Shown: positions 27,997 through 37,821, numbered from the stretch's first letter. The stretch: DNA of 64,000 nt from Thermoproteota archaeon (GCA_037917685.1 JAVCBU010000006.1:64001-128000), one strand, 5' to 3'. Made by a program: numbers and translations. The notes: generated from the letters alone by a model not told the origin.

Positions 27997-30900
27997 ACTA
28001 TGACCTATCTTACAGGATTAAAGCCCTAACATTCGGTTTACTGTCACCGGAGCAGATAAGGAAAATAGGAACAATAGAAATCACTAGCCCCGACACATAT
28101 GACGAAGAAGGAAGCCCCATAGAGGGCGGGGTTCTAGATCCCAGGCTTGGTGTAATCGACCCAACTCAAGTGTGCAAAACATGTGGAAACAGGATAGATC
28201 GATGTCCCGGACACTTTGGGAGAATAGAGCTAGTGAGACCAGTACTTCACGTAGGATTTGTCCGTGAGATAAGAGATATCCTGAACTCAACGTGTGCCAA
28301 TTGTAACAGAATACTTCTCCCTGAAGACGTCCTAAAGGAGTATCTAGAGAAGATGAACAAGTATATCAAGATCCACGGAGAGATCAGCCAGAAAATTATT
28401 AGGGAGGTGATAACAAAAGCATCCAAGGTTCAAAAATGCCCCCATTGCGGAAAGAAGGCTGCAAAAGTTAAAGTAGAATATGTCTATAGGTTTTACGTTG
28501 AGCACCCGAATAAGAGGAGAATATGGCCTCAGGAGATCAGAGAGCGGCTTGAAGGAATCCCTGACGACGATGTCCTCCTTCTAGGCTTCCACCCGGGTAG
28601 ATCCCGTCCAGAGAATGCTGTTTTAACGGTTATCTTAGTTCCACCTTTAAGCATTAGGCCTTCTGTAACATTAGAGACTGGAGAAAAATCCGAAGATGAC
28701 TTAACTCACAAGTTAGCTGATATTGTCAGGGTAAACCGGAAGCTCGAAAGCTTATTAGGGTCGGGGTCACCAAGCGTGTTAGTTGAGGAGACATGGGATC
28801 TCCTCCAATATCATGTCGCTACGTTATATGACAACACTATATCAGGCTTACCCCCGGCGACCCAGCATGGGAAGAGACCGATTAAGGCCATCTTCGACAG
28901 ATGGTCCGGTAAAGATGGGAGATTCCGAAACAACCTGATCGGAAAACGTGTAGATTTCTCAAGTCGGACAGTTATAACTCCAGATCCAATGATAGACATA
29001 GGCGAGGTTGGAGTACCTGTAGAGATAGCTAAAGTCCTTACGTTGCCCGAACATGTGAACGAGTACAATATTGAAGAACTCAAGGAAAGAGTGAAAAACG
29101 GGCCAGAGTATCCTGGCGCAAACTATGTTATAAGGCCTAATGGGGAAAAAGTTAAGCTAACACTCCTGGCTGATAGACAGGCTATAGCTGACGAGCTAGA
29201 CTATAATTATGTAGTAGAAAGGCACCTACAAGATGGTGACTCTGTAATTTTCAACAGGCATCCAAGCCTTCATAGACTTTCGATATTAAAACATAGGGTA
29301 AAGGTTTTGCCATACGGGACATTCAGACTAAACCCGGCAGTGTGCACCCCTTACAATGCTGACTTCGATGGGGACGAGATGAACGTACACGCCCCTCAAA
29401 GCCTCCAAGCAAGAATAGAGGGCGACGAACTTCTCGCTGTTGAGAAAAACCTTGTTTCTCCTAGAATAGGAGGTGCGATAATAGGGGGAAGTGAAGACTA
29501 TATAACAGCGGCCTATCTGATGACCTCCGAAAAGACTAAGCTTACAAAGAAAGATGCATCAAGAATACTAGTCTGGGGAGGGATATATAAGCTCCCTGAA
29601 CCTGATGAAGATGGGCTATGGAGCGGTAAAAAAATATTTTCTATGTTCCTTCCAAAAGGAATAGAGTTTAGGGGTAAAGCATCCTCATGCCGTGGATGCG
29701 AGAAGTGTCTGGAAGAGAACTGCCCATATGACGCTTATGTTGTAGTTAAAGATGGAAAGCTCATTAAAGGTGCTTTAGACACAAATACCATAGGGGTCCT
29801 GGTTAAAGCAAAGACATCCCTATTAGACACGATCATCAGAGATAAAGGGGAGGAAGCAGCGGCTGATTTCATAAGCAGGTACTTTAAGGCCTTATCCGGG
29901 TATATAAGGCTTAGAGGCACAACTATGTCTTTGAGTGATGTTGAGCTTCCACCTGAAGCGTTAAAAGAGGTCGAAGAAGTAATAGAGAAAGGTAAAAAGG
30001 ATGTAATGGAGCTTATAGAACGGGCTAAAAAAGGAAAGCTTGAAGCTATACCCGGCATGACTAAAAGGGAAACCCTTGAACGCCTTATAATGGATGTTCT
30101 ACAGAAAACCCGTGGAAAACACGAAGAAATAGTAAAGAGATACCTCAATCCGGACAGTGATCCATACATAATGGCTAGAACGAAAGCTAGAGGTTCAATC
30201 CTAAACTTGACACAAATGTCTGCATCGCTAGGGCAGCAAGCGATAAGAGGAAAGAGGGTTACGACAGGGTTCAAAGGAAGAACCCTTTCATGCTTCGTTC
30301 CCGGAGAGGATGAGGTCTTCTCCAAGGGATATGTTAAGAACAGCTATGTGAAGGGGCTAACACCAGCCGAGTTTCTCTTCCATGCAATGGCAGGTAGGGA
30401 CAGCTTAGTAGATAAAGGATTGAGAACTGCAGAGAGCGGCTATACTTACAGAAAACTTGCTAATGCTTTGAAAGATTGTATGGTTGATTATGACTTCACC
30501 GTACGAGACTCTGAAGACAACATAATACAGTTTAAATTCGGTGATGATGGCATAGATCCAGCAAAATACTTCCACGGGGAGTATACTAACTTCAGGAAAA
30601 TAGCTGAAGAATCAGTCAAGAAAGCAGGCGAAGAACAACCACTTAATCCAGAAGATATCGAAGACAAGATCTCAAAGGCGGGCTTGCCAATAACTCTTGC
30701 TAAACACCTCATAGAATTGAAGGCAGGACCCAAAGCCGTTCAATCAGCTATAAATGAAGGATTAAGAGTAAAAGAAAGGTGTATGGTACAACCTCTTCAT
30801 CCGGTTGGAATAATAGCAGCAGAAAGTGTAGCTGAGCCAGCTACCCAGATGACCCTTAGAACATTCCACACACCGGGGGTTGCCGAGCTAAACATAACCC

Positions 30901-31784
30901 TCGGCCTACCAAGACTAATAGAGCTATTTGACGCAAGAAGAAAACAAAAAACACCGAGAATGACTGTGTATTTGAAACCTAAAATAGCTAAGTCAAAGGA
31001 GGAAGCTGAAAAAATAGTTAGAAACATGGTTGAAATAAAGGTAGGCGACCTTGCCAAAATGGTGCTAACGGACTACTATGAAAGGGAGATAACAATAATT
31101 CTAGATAAATCAAGGGTTAAAAAGGCGGATGTAAAGGCTGAGGACATAGCTAAACTTCTAAATAAACTCGGAAAGGTCTCCGTAGAAAATGGTGAGATTA
31201 AGGTAAAACTACAAAAAGAAGGGTTCATAAGACAACTTAGAGATCTTAGAAGAAAGATACTTGACACGCACGTAAAGGGAATCAAAGGGATAAAGAAGGC
31301 TAGAGTAAGATTCAAAGATGGCGAGTACATTATTGAAACCGAAGGTGTAAATCTACAAAAGGTATTCGAAATAGATGGGGTAGACACAACTAAAACGACG
31401 TGTAATGATATATATGAGGTTAGAAAGGTTCTCGGGATAGAAGCCGCTAGGAATTTGCTCATAGAGGAAGTCTTAGGGGTGCTAGAGGGTCAGGGATTAG
31501 AGGTAGACAGAAGACACGTCTCTCTAATAGCGGACATAATGTGTTTCACCGGAGAGATAAGGCAAGTTGGCAGGTACGGCGTCCTTAGAGATAAGAAAGA
31601 CATTTTAGCAAGAGCTGCCTTTGAAACTACTAAGAAGGTAATACTTGACGCATCAAGGCAGGGTGTAAGGACAGAACTTAAAAGTCCTCTGGATGCTGTT
31701 ATAGTGGGGAAGCCGCCGCGAATAGGAACAGGAGGTGTGAACATATACTGGTATGTAGGTGAGATTGAAAGTGGGGCTGGATGA
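27993..31784 (+). CDS. rpoA: RNA polymerase subunit Rpo1, A' and A'' fused
   Basis: CPGHFG, NADFDGDEMN, bridge helix, then the A'' trigger loop EPATQMTLRTFH and ARAAFE in the same ORF. Confidence 0.97.
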   Translation: MNYDLSYRIKALTFGLLSPEQIRKIGTIEITSPDTYDEEGSPIEGGVLDPRLGVIDPTQVCKTCGNRIDRCPGHFGRIELVRPVLHVGFVREIRDILNSTCANCNRILLPEDVLKEYLEKMNKYIKIHGEISQKIIREVITKASKVQKCPHCGKKAAKVKVEYVYRFYVEHPNKRRIWPQEIRERLEGIPDDDVLLLGFHPGRSRPENAVLTVILVPPLSIRPSVTLETGEKSEDDLTHKLADIVRVNRKLESLLGSGSPSVLVEETWDLLQYHVATLYDNTISGLPPATQHGKRPIKAIFDRWSGKDGRFRNNLIGKRVDFSSRTVITPDPMIDIGEVGVPVEIAKVLTLPEHVNEYNIEELKERVKNGPEYPGANYVIRPNGEKVKLTLLADRQAIADELDYNYVVERHLQDGDSVIFNRHPSLHRLSILKHRVKVLPYGTFRLNPAVCTPYNADFDGDEMNVHAPQSLQARIEGDELLAVEKNLVSPRIGGAIIGGSEDYITAAYLMTSEKTKLTKKDASRILVWGGIYKLPEPDEDGLWSGKKIFSMFLPKGIEFRGKASSCRGCEKCLEENCPYDAYVVVKDGKLIKGALDTNTIGVLVKAKTSLLDTIIRDKGEEAAADFISRYFKALSGYIRLRGTTMSLSDVELPPEALKEVEEVIEKGKKDVMELIERAKKGKLEAIPGMTKRETLERLIMDVLQKTRGKHEEIVKRYLNPDSDPYIMARTKARGSILNLTQMSASLGQQAIRGKRVTTGFKGRTLSCFVPGEDEVFSKGYVKNSYVKGLTPAEFLFHAMAGRDSLVDKGLRTAESGYTYRKLANALKDCMVDYDFTVRDSEDNIIQFKFGDDGIDPAKYFHGEYTNFRKIAEESVKKAGEEQPLNPEDIEDKISKAGLPITLAKHLIELKAGPKAVQSAINEGLRVKERCMVQPLHPVGIIAAESVAEPATQMTLRTFHTPGVAELNITLGLPRLIELFDARRKQKTPRMTVYLKPKIAKSKEEAEKIVRNMVEIKVGDLAKMVLTDYYEREITIILDKSRVKKADVKAEDIAKLLNKLGKVSVENGEIKVKLQKEGFIRQLRDLRRKILDTHVKGIKGIKKARVRFKDGEYIIETEGVNLQKVFEIDGVDTTKTTCNDIYEVRKVLGIEAARNLLIEEVLGVLEGQGLEVDRRHVSLIADIMCFTGEIRQVGRYGVLRDKKDILARAAFETTKKVILDASRQGVRTELKSPLDAVIVGKPPRIGTGGVNIYWYVGEIESGAG

Positions 31785-32109
31785 GGAATTAAAGATATGC
31801 TCAAAATCAGGAAAGATGATACTCGGATGCAAGGCTGTAATAAGGGATTTGGGAAGTCGAAACATCAGGTCAAAATTGATAATACTGGCTAACAACTGCC
31901 CAGAGCAGTATAGGTTAAGAATAGAGAAATTCGCAAAGTTAACTAATACCCCCGTCTTAAAATATGATGCAGGAGCACTTGAGCTCGGCAAAGCTGTAGG
32001 GAAGAAATTTCTTGTTTCAGCGCTTGCTGTAATCGATGAAGGCGACTCATCAATACTCAAATATGCAGAAGGTGAAACAAGTGAAGGAGAAAGTTCTGGG
32101 AACACGTGA
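31759..32109 (+). CDS. rpl30e: 50S ribosomal protein eL30
   Basis: SGKMILG, KLIILANNCP, ELGKAVGKKF, DEGDSSIL. Confidence 0.92.
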   Translation: MRLKVGLDEELKICSKSGKMILGCKAVIRDLGSRNIRSKLIILANNCPEQYRLRIEKFAKLTNTPVLKYDAGALELGKAVGKKFLVSALAVIDEGDSSILKYAEGETSEGESSGNT

Positions 32110-32527
32110 GATAAAGTATATCTCGCTATTCGAGGATCTTACAGGGAGCACTGTTATAGATTGTAGGATAGATGACGAAAACAATAGGGTAATATATTTA
32201 GTGGCTGAAGGTCAACTTGGGCTTGCAATAGGCAGAAGAGGGGTTATGATAAAAAGACTCAAGAAGGCGATAGGAAAGGATGTTGAGGTTGTCGAATTTT
32301 CAAGGCACCCGGAGACCTTCATTAAAAAGCTGTTTCAACCAGCGAGAGTCAACTACATAAAGATAATGAGTCAGGGAGGAAGGAAAATCGCCTTTGTATC
32401 AGTAGTTGCTGAGGACAAAGGAATAGCCATAGGAAAGGGTGGGAAAAACATAAACAGAGCTAGGTACCTTGCAAAAAGATGGTATGATATAGACGACATA
32501 AAGCTTATAGATAAGCCAGCAGAATAG
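32081..32527 (+). CDS. nusA: Transcription factor NusA (archaeal KH-only)
   Basis: [29 protein letters not shown]; GTG start after GGTGA SD. Confidence 0.92.
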   Translation: MKEKVLGTREIKYISLFEDLTGSTVIDCRIDDENNRVIYLVAEGQLGLAIGRRGVMIKRLKKAIGKDVEVVEFSRHPETFIKKLFQPARVNYIKIMSQGGRKIAFVSVVAEDKGIAIGKGGKNINRARYLAKRWYDIDDIKLIDKPAE

Positions 32528-32538
32528 GTATTTATTGT

Positions 32539-32979
32539 ATGGCTAAGAAGTCTCCACTAGGATTGCACGCGGCTAGGCCTTTGCTGAAGAGAGTGAAAAA
32601 GAAGAAAAGACATGATGTTAGGTGGAGGAGAAGGGTACACGGCTTCCACAGAAAGTACTATCCACTTGGGAGAGCACCTCAGGCTAGGGGAATAGTGATA
32701 GAAAAAGTTGGGCTCGAAGCTAGACAGCCACACTCAGGACTTAGAAAATGTGTTAAAGTACAACTTGCCAAGACCGGTGAGCAAGTCATCGCATTCGCTC
32801 CCGGGGACGGTGCACTAAACTATATCGAGGTACACGATGAGGTAATAATCGCCGGCATAGGTGGCTCAAGAGCTAGAAGCTACGGAGACATACCAGGGGT
32901 TAGATTTCAGGTGATAAAGGTTAATGGAGTGTCCCTTAAAGCAATATTAAAAGGGAAGAAAGAGAAACCACAGAGGTAG
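32539..32979 (+). CDS. rps12: 30S ribosomal protein uS12
   Basis: [33 protein letters not shown]. Confidence 0.97.
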   Translation: MAKKSPLGLHAARPLLKRVKKKKRHDVRWRRRVHGFHRKYYPLGRAPQARGIVIEKVGLEARQPHSGLRKCVKVQLAKTGEQVIAFAPGDGALNYIEVHDEVIIAGIGGSRARSYGDIPGVRFQVIKVNGVSLKAILKGKKEKPQR

Positions 32980-32984
32980 ATTCC

Positions 32985-33587
32985 ATGGGTATTAGGCTTT
33001 TTGGAAAATGGGATTTAGAAGAAGTAGAAGTAAAAAACCTAGCTCTGAAGGATAAGATAAACCTTAAACCCATATTTCTACCCCACACTTCTGGTAGACA
33101 TGAACATAAACGGTTTGGAAAACATAAGGTGCCTATTGTTGAAAGGCTCGCCAATAGGTTAATGGGACAGCCGTTGAATTATAGCGTAAAAAAATCGAGG
33201 GTAAATAGTAAAAACGCCGGAAAGAAGGCTAGAGCATTAAAGGTCGTAGAACGTGCCCTAGAAATCATACATTTAAAGACAGGGAGAAACCCTGTTCAGG
33301 TTTTAGTTGACGCTATACAGAACGCAGCGATCAGGGAAGAAACAACCAGAATCATATACGGGGGGGTTGCCTATTTGCATTCAGTAGACGTATCACCCAC
33401 AAGAATGGTGGATTTGGCGATCAGATACATCGCACAAGGCGCTGCTATGAAATCTTACAGGTCTGTCAGAAGAATCGATGAATGCCTAGCTGAAGAAATA
33501 ATAGCAGCAGCAAATAACGATAGGAACAAGAGTTATGCGATCAAAAAGAAGGAAGAGATAGAAAGGATAGCAGCAAGTTCCAGGTAA
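32985..33587 (+). CDS. rps7: 30S ribosomal protein uS7
   Basis: [30 protein letters not shown]. Confidence 0.97.
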   Translation: MGIRLFGKWDLEEVEVKNLALKDKINLKPIFLPHTSGRHEHKRFGKHKVPIVERLANRLMGQPLNYSVKKSRVNSKNAGKKARALKVVERALEIIHLKTGRNPVQVLVDAIQNAAIREETTRIIYGGVAYLHSVDVSPTRMVDLAIRYIAQGAAMKSYRSVRRIDECLAEEIIAAANNDRNKSYAIKKKEEIERIAASSR

Positions 33588-33823
33588 ATCCAGGTAGTAA
33601 ATAGTGGCTCATAAAACTCTTAATCAGGCATAACAAATGTTTAATACAAACTAGCAGTAAAATATCACTCTAAGAAGATTAATCTAAACATAAAGGCCAA
33701 AGTTCACATCCCATGTGAGATATTGAGCTGATTACCATTAACATGCCAAGATTACCATAGTGAAGATAAAGTTAAAATTTGATAAAGATACTTTCTATTC
33801 TAAGCTTGATATGAGGGAGAGAA

Positions 33824-35092
33824 ATGCCTGAAAAAGAACATCTAAACCTGGTTTTCGTAGGCCATGTAGACCATGGGAAGTCCACGATCTTAGGAAGACT
33901 GTTCTACGATTTAGGGCTAGTAAAGGAACTGCCAAGCGACGAAGAAGCAGGAACCATGAAATTCGCATGGCTGGTAGACAAGTTAAAGGAAGAGAGAGAA
34001 AGAGGGCTAACGATAGATATCTTCACAACGAAGATAGAGACCCCCCACAAGTACATCACGATAATCGACGCACCCGGCCATGTAGACTTCATCAAAAACA
34101 TGATTACAGGGGCAAGCCAAGCTGACGCAGCTCTTCTTGTAGTCTCAGCAAAGGCTGGAGAGGGTGTACAGCAGCAAACAAGGGAGCATATATTTCTCAT
34201 AAGGACTCTAGGTATCAACCAGTTAATTGTAGCGATAAACAAGATGGACGAAGAAACGGTCAAATACAGCCAAGACAGATTCGAGGAACTCAAGGCTGAA
34301 GTTTCGAACTTGCTCAAGAAGGTAGGATACGATGTAAGCAAGATACCCTTTGTCCCCACGTCAGGATGGGAAGGAGACAATGTGGTAAAAAGAAGTGAGA
34401 ACATGCCATGGTATAAAGGTCCAACCATATACGAACTACTTGACAAGTTACAGCCTCCGCCAAAGCCTGTGGATAAACCCCTAAGAATACCCATCCAAGA
34501 CGTTTATACAATAACAGGAGTAGGAGTTGTCCCTGTGGGCAGAGTCGAAAGCGGGGTGTTGAAGCCTAACACAAGGATAATTGTGGAACCCTTGGGTGAG
34601 ACAGCAGAAGTAAAATCCATCGAAATGCACCATGAGAGACTTGAACAAGCTGTACCAGGAGATAACATAGGGTTCAACATAAAGGGTATCGAGAAAAGAA
34701 AGCTGAGGAGAGGAATGGTAATAGGATACCCGGATAATCCTCCAACCGTGGCAAAGGAATTCACAGCACAAATAATAGTTGTGCAACACCCAACAGCGAT
34801 TGCACCCGGTTACACTCCAGTAGTACACATACATACTGCAACCATGGCATGTGAAATCTACGAGTTTGTAGACAAGAGAGATCCTAAAACCGGAGCAGTG
34901 ATAGAGAAGAATCCTAAATACCTTAAAGCTGGAGACTCAGCAGTTGTTAAAATGAGACCAATAAAACCGCTGGTAGTTGAGAAGTTTAAAGACTTCCCAG
35001 CACTAGGCAGATTTGCAATAAGAGACATGGGAATGACTATAGGAGCAGGAATAGTGCTAGAAGTTGTACCAGCCGAGAAGAAGGGTAAGTAA
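33824..35092 (+). CDS. tuf: Translation elongation factor EF-1 alpha
   Basis: GHVDHGKST, ERERGLTID, DAPGH, NKMD, GRFAIRDMG. Confidence 0.97.
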   Translation: MPEKEHLNLVFVGHVDHGKSTILGRLFYDLGLVKELPSDEEAGTMKFAWLVDKLKEERERGLTIDIFTTKIETPHKYITIIDAPGHVDFIKNMITGASQADAALLVVSAKAGEGVQQQTREHIFLIRTLGINQLIVAINKMDEETVKYSQDRFEELKAEVSNLLKKVGYDVSKIPFVPTSGWEGDNVVKRSENMPWYKGPTIYELLDKLQPPPKPVDKPLRIPIQDVYTITGVGVVPVGRVESGVLKPNTRIIVEPLGETAEVKSIEMHHERLEQAVPGDNIGFNIKGIEKRKLRRGMVIGYPDNPPTVAKEFTAQIIVVQHPTAIAPGYTPVVHIHTATMACEIYEFVDKRDPKTGAVIEKNPKYLKAGDSAVVKMRPIKPLVVEKFKDFPALGRFAIRDMGMTIGAGIVLEVVPAEKKGK

Positions 35093-35103
35093 GGTTCAGG
35101 GAG

Positions 35104-35412
35104 ATGCGGGGACTACGAATAGAGCTGGTAAGTACAAACTACAAAAGTCTAGAAACCGTATGTAAACAGCTAAAGGAGATCGTCACCAGGAGCGGGGCAC
35201 GAATAATAGGCCCCGTGCCCCTCCCGACAAAGAAACTAAGGATAACAACAAGGAGAACCCCCTGCGGCCAAGGAGGTAAAACGTGGGAACGATGGGAACT
35301 GAGAATTCACAAAAGAATAATAGACATTCCGAATCCCGATGAAAGGCTGATGAGAAGAATAATGAGTATAGCAATACCCGAAGATGTGAAGGTAAACATA
35401 ATACTACCGTAG
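35104..35412 (+). CDS. rps10: 30S ribosomal protein uS10
   Basis: GPVPLPTK, RRTPCGQG..TWERWELRIHKR. Confidence 0.97.
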   Translation: MRGLRIELVSTNYKSLETVCKQLKEIVTRSGARIIGPVPLPTKKLRITTRRTPCGQGGKTWERWELRIHKRIIDIPNPDERLMRRIMSIAIPEDVKVNIILP

Positions 35413-35498
35413 CCCTCCTATCCATATTTTTATGTAATCGTTATCCTGTTGAAAATACAGCCAATCAAGAATAAGCTATCAAAACAGTTTAGTAGGAG

Positions 35499-35594
35499 CG
35501 CCGGGGGTGGGATTCGAACCCACGAGCCCCGTTGGGGGCACTGGCTTTCCCAACAGCTCAAGGCCAGCGCATTAGTCCACTCTGCCACCCCGGC
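35499..35594 (-). tRNA. tRNA-Ser(TGA) with 10-nt intron at 37/38
   Basis: GCCGGGG acceptor stem, CTGGC-CT TGA G[CTGTTGGGAA]A-GCCAG, long variable arm. Confidence 0.88.
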
Positions 35595-35597
35595 ACT

Positions 35598-35996
35598 CTA
35601 CTTCAGAGGTAACCACTTACTTGACCTGGTGGCTCCTTTCCCAGGCCGGCTATGTTTAACAACTTTACATGTGGGAGCGAACTCGCCAAGATAGCGACCA
35701 ATCATCTCAGGTTTTATTTCAACATTCACCCAGTCTTTCCCATTATGTACAGCTATGACCATGCCGACCATCTCCGGTAATATAATCATATCCCTTCTAT
35801 GAGTTCTAATGATCTTCTTTATCCCAAGTCTCTTTACTTTTCGAATCTTCTCTAGTAATTTTCTATTCTCCGGATGGAGACCTCTTTTCAGCGTCCGTCT
35901 TACTCTTGAGGGTAGCAGCTCCACTAGCTCATCCATAGGGAGTTGTTGCAACTCTTCAAGTGTTAGGCCTCTGTATCTGAATTCTCGGGACATCAT
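35598..35996 (-). CDS. rps19: 30S ribosomal protein uS19
   Basis: [33 protein letters not shown]. Confidence 0.96.
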   Translation of the reverse strand: MMSREFRYRGLTLEELQQLPMDELVELLPSRVRRTLKRGLHPENRKLLEKIRKVKRLGIKKIIRTHRRDMIILPEMVGMVIAVHNGKDWVNVEIKPEMIGRYLGEFAPTCKVVKHSRPGKGATRSSKWLPLK

Positions 35997-36034
35997 TGCC
36001 ATCACCTAGTTCATAACACGTGCTCTATTAAAGT

Positions 36035-36769
36035 TTAACGTCTCCTCTTCTTCTTTCTGCCAACCCACCGTGCAGCTATATGACCCACTTTCTGGCCTGG
36101 GGGAGCGGATCTTGGTACTGTGGTGGGCTTTCCGGGTCTATTATGTGATCCTCCACCGTGTGGGTGGCTTACAGGGTTCATAGCTACACCTCTAACTACA
36201 GGCCACTTCTTGGACTGCTTCTTAACAAGATGATATTTAACGCCGGCTTTTACAAAATACAACTCTGTCCTGCCGCCTCCGGCAACCTGGCCGACCGTCG
36301 CCCAGCATGAATCCTTTATCCACTTTTCTTTCTTCGATCTAAGCCTTAATAAGGTTCTACCCCTCTCATGTGAGAACACTATTGCGTATGTTCCGCTTCT
36401 CCTAGCTATTTTTCCGCCATCACCTCTTCTAAGTTCAACATTACATATCATTGTCCCTTCAGGTATCTTTCCGACAGGAAGTATATTGCCGAGGGATGGC
36501 TCAGCATTAAGTCCTATTTCGATCTCCTGACCTATAAATACACCTTTAGGTGGAATATATATAAAGGATGAACCATTCTCTAACCGCACCCTGGCTAGTG
36601 GTGTTCCACGACCAGGCTCGTGCAGAAACTCCTCTATCACACCTTTAACCACGGCGTCACCGATCTTATCTCTTGGAGGGTATTTGGCTGGCCCAACCTT
36701 TAAGTGATCCCAGGACTTAAAGGTGTGAGTGCCTCTCCCTCTACGCTGGACTATCAGCCTTTTTCCCAT
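36035..36769 (-). CDS. rpl2: 50S ribosomal protein uL2
   Basis: MGKRLIVQRRGRG, WPVVRGVAMNPVSHPHGGG. Confidence 0.97.
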   Translation of the reverse strand: MGKRLIVQRRGRGTHTFKSWDHLKVGPAKYPPRDKIGDAVVKGVIEEFLHEPGRGTPLARVRLENGSSFIYIPPKGVFIGQEIEIGLNAEPSLGNILPVGKIPEGTMICNVELRRGDGGKIARRSGTYAIVFSHERGRTLLRLRSKKEKWIKDSCWATVGQVAGGGRTELYFVKAGVKYHLVKKQSKKWPVVRGVAMNPVSHPHGGGSHNRPGKPTTVPRSAPPGQKVGHIAARWVGRKKKRRR

Positions 36770-36779
36770 TTTAAAAACC

Positions 36780-37052
36780 TCATATTATTCCAAGTTTTAC
36801 CGCAATATCTAATGCTGCACCATCCCTTTTCAACTTTATTATAGCCTTCTTCTCACCTTTTGGAGTTATAAGTGTATTAACTTTTTGGACAGGCTCCTCG
36901 AAAAGTTTTTCAAACGCTGCTTTGATCACTTTCTCATTTGATCTTCTATCTACAATGAATGTTAACTTGTTTTCTCTTTCTATCATGTTAATAGCTTTTT
37001 CAGAGGTTACTGGCTTCTTGATAACTTTAAATGGGTCAAGCAAACCTATCAC
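36780..37052 (-). CDS. rpl23: 50S ribosomal protein uL23
   Basis: PVTSEKA, ENKLTFIVD, VNTLIT..GEKKA; start moved downstream of the ORF-track start. Confidence 0.93.
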   Translation of the reverse strand: MIGLLDPFKVIKKPVTSEKAINMIERENKLTFIVDRRSNEKVIKAAFEKLFEEPVQKVNTLITPKGEKKAIIKLKRDGAALDIAVKLGII

Positions 37053-37821
37053 CAATCTCCCGGATAGCTGTCTCAGACCAGATTGTAAGCCTGCCAGGAA
37101 CACCACCTGGACATAGATCTTTAACAGATAATAGGTCTACAAGCTTTACATCTACACCAGGTATATTTCTAGCAGCTTTAACGATTCCGTCATCTTTTGA
37201 AACTATTATTAGTGGGCCTTTCGCCCTTTGCCTCTTCCTGCCACGCATTTTTCCCCTTCCAGCTCTTATCTTGCCCCACCTATCTTTACATCGCTTTAAC
37301 TCCTCAGATAGGCCAAGCTTGTCTAGTAATTTTTTAACTTGGTTCGTTTTTGACAGGGATTCGATTTCTTTAGATATAATTAATGGCGTTTCGAATTCCC
37401 CAGGAATTCTATGCCCTCTAGACCTGACTATCTCCTTATCCGCCGTCGCTGATATAGCTGACATCATGGCAAGTCTCTTTTCCTTTTTGTTTATCTTCTC
37501 CTCTAATCTTTTATCAGTCCTTGGAGGGTGAGCTGTTCTACCACCGACGGTGCCTGGTGCGAATGCTCCTCTACCTACTGTTGGATGATGTTCACCCCTA
37601 ATCCTGGGTACCCTTGCTAATCCTCTACCGACCCCCCAAGATCTCGCTGATGTCCTCTTACCAGCATTAGGGTCTGTACCTTTAGGCTGTCTGCTTGATG
37701 TAAGAGTTGAAAGATAAGCTCTCCTAATGAGGTCTAGCCTGACAGGCCTATTAAATACTGATGGAAGCTCTATTTTACCTATTATCTCGCCATCCAAGTT
37801 GTAAATAGGACGTTCAACCAT
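37036..37821 (-). CDS. rpl4: 50S ribosomal protein uL4
   Basis: SWGVGRGLARVPR, GGRTAHPP, RAGRGKMRGR, PGRLTIWSE. Confidence 0.96.
   Translation of the reverse strand: MVERPIYNLDGEIIGKIELPSVFNRPVRLDLIRRAYLSTLTSSRQPKGTDPNAGKRTSARSWGVGRGLARVPRIRGEHHPTVGRGAFAPGTVGGRTAHPPRTDKRLEEKINKKEKRLAMMSAISATADKEIVRSRGHRIPGEFETPLIISKEIESLSKTNQVKKLLDKLGLSEELKRCKDRWGKIRAGRGKMRGRKRQRAKGPLIIVSKDDGIVKAARNIPGVDVKLVDLLSVKDLCPGGVPGRLTIWSETAIREIGDRFA

Noticed and set aside
29735-30325. Long antisense ORFs (e.g. 29735-30325, 33904-34494)
   Set aside because: They are shadows of purine-rich coding strands, Ser/Leu/Phe-rich with no motifs.
20063-31784. Inteins in DP2, Rpo1 or Rpo2
   Set aside because: Lengths are normal and the usual insertion sites (RRN/CDGDED, NADFDGD region) are uninterrupted.
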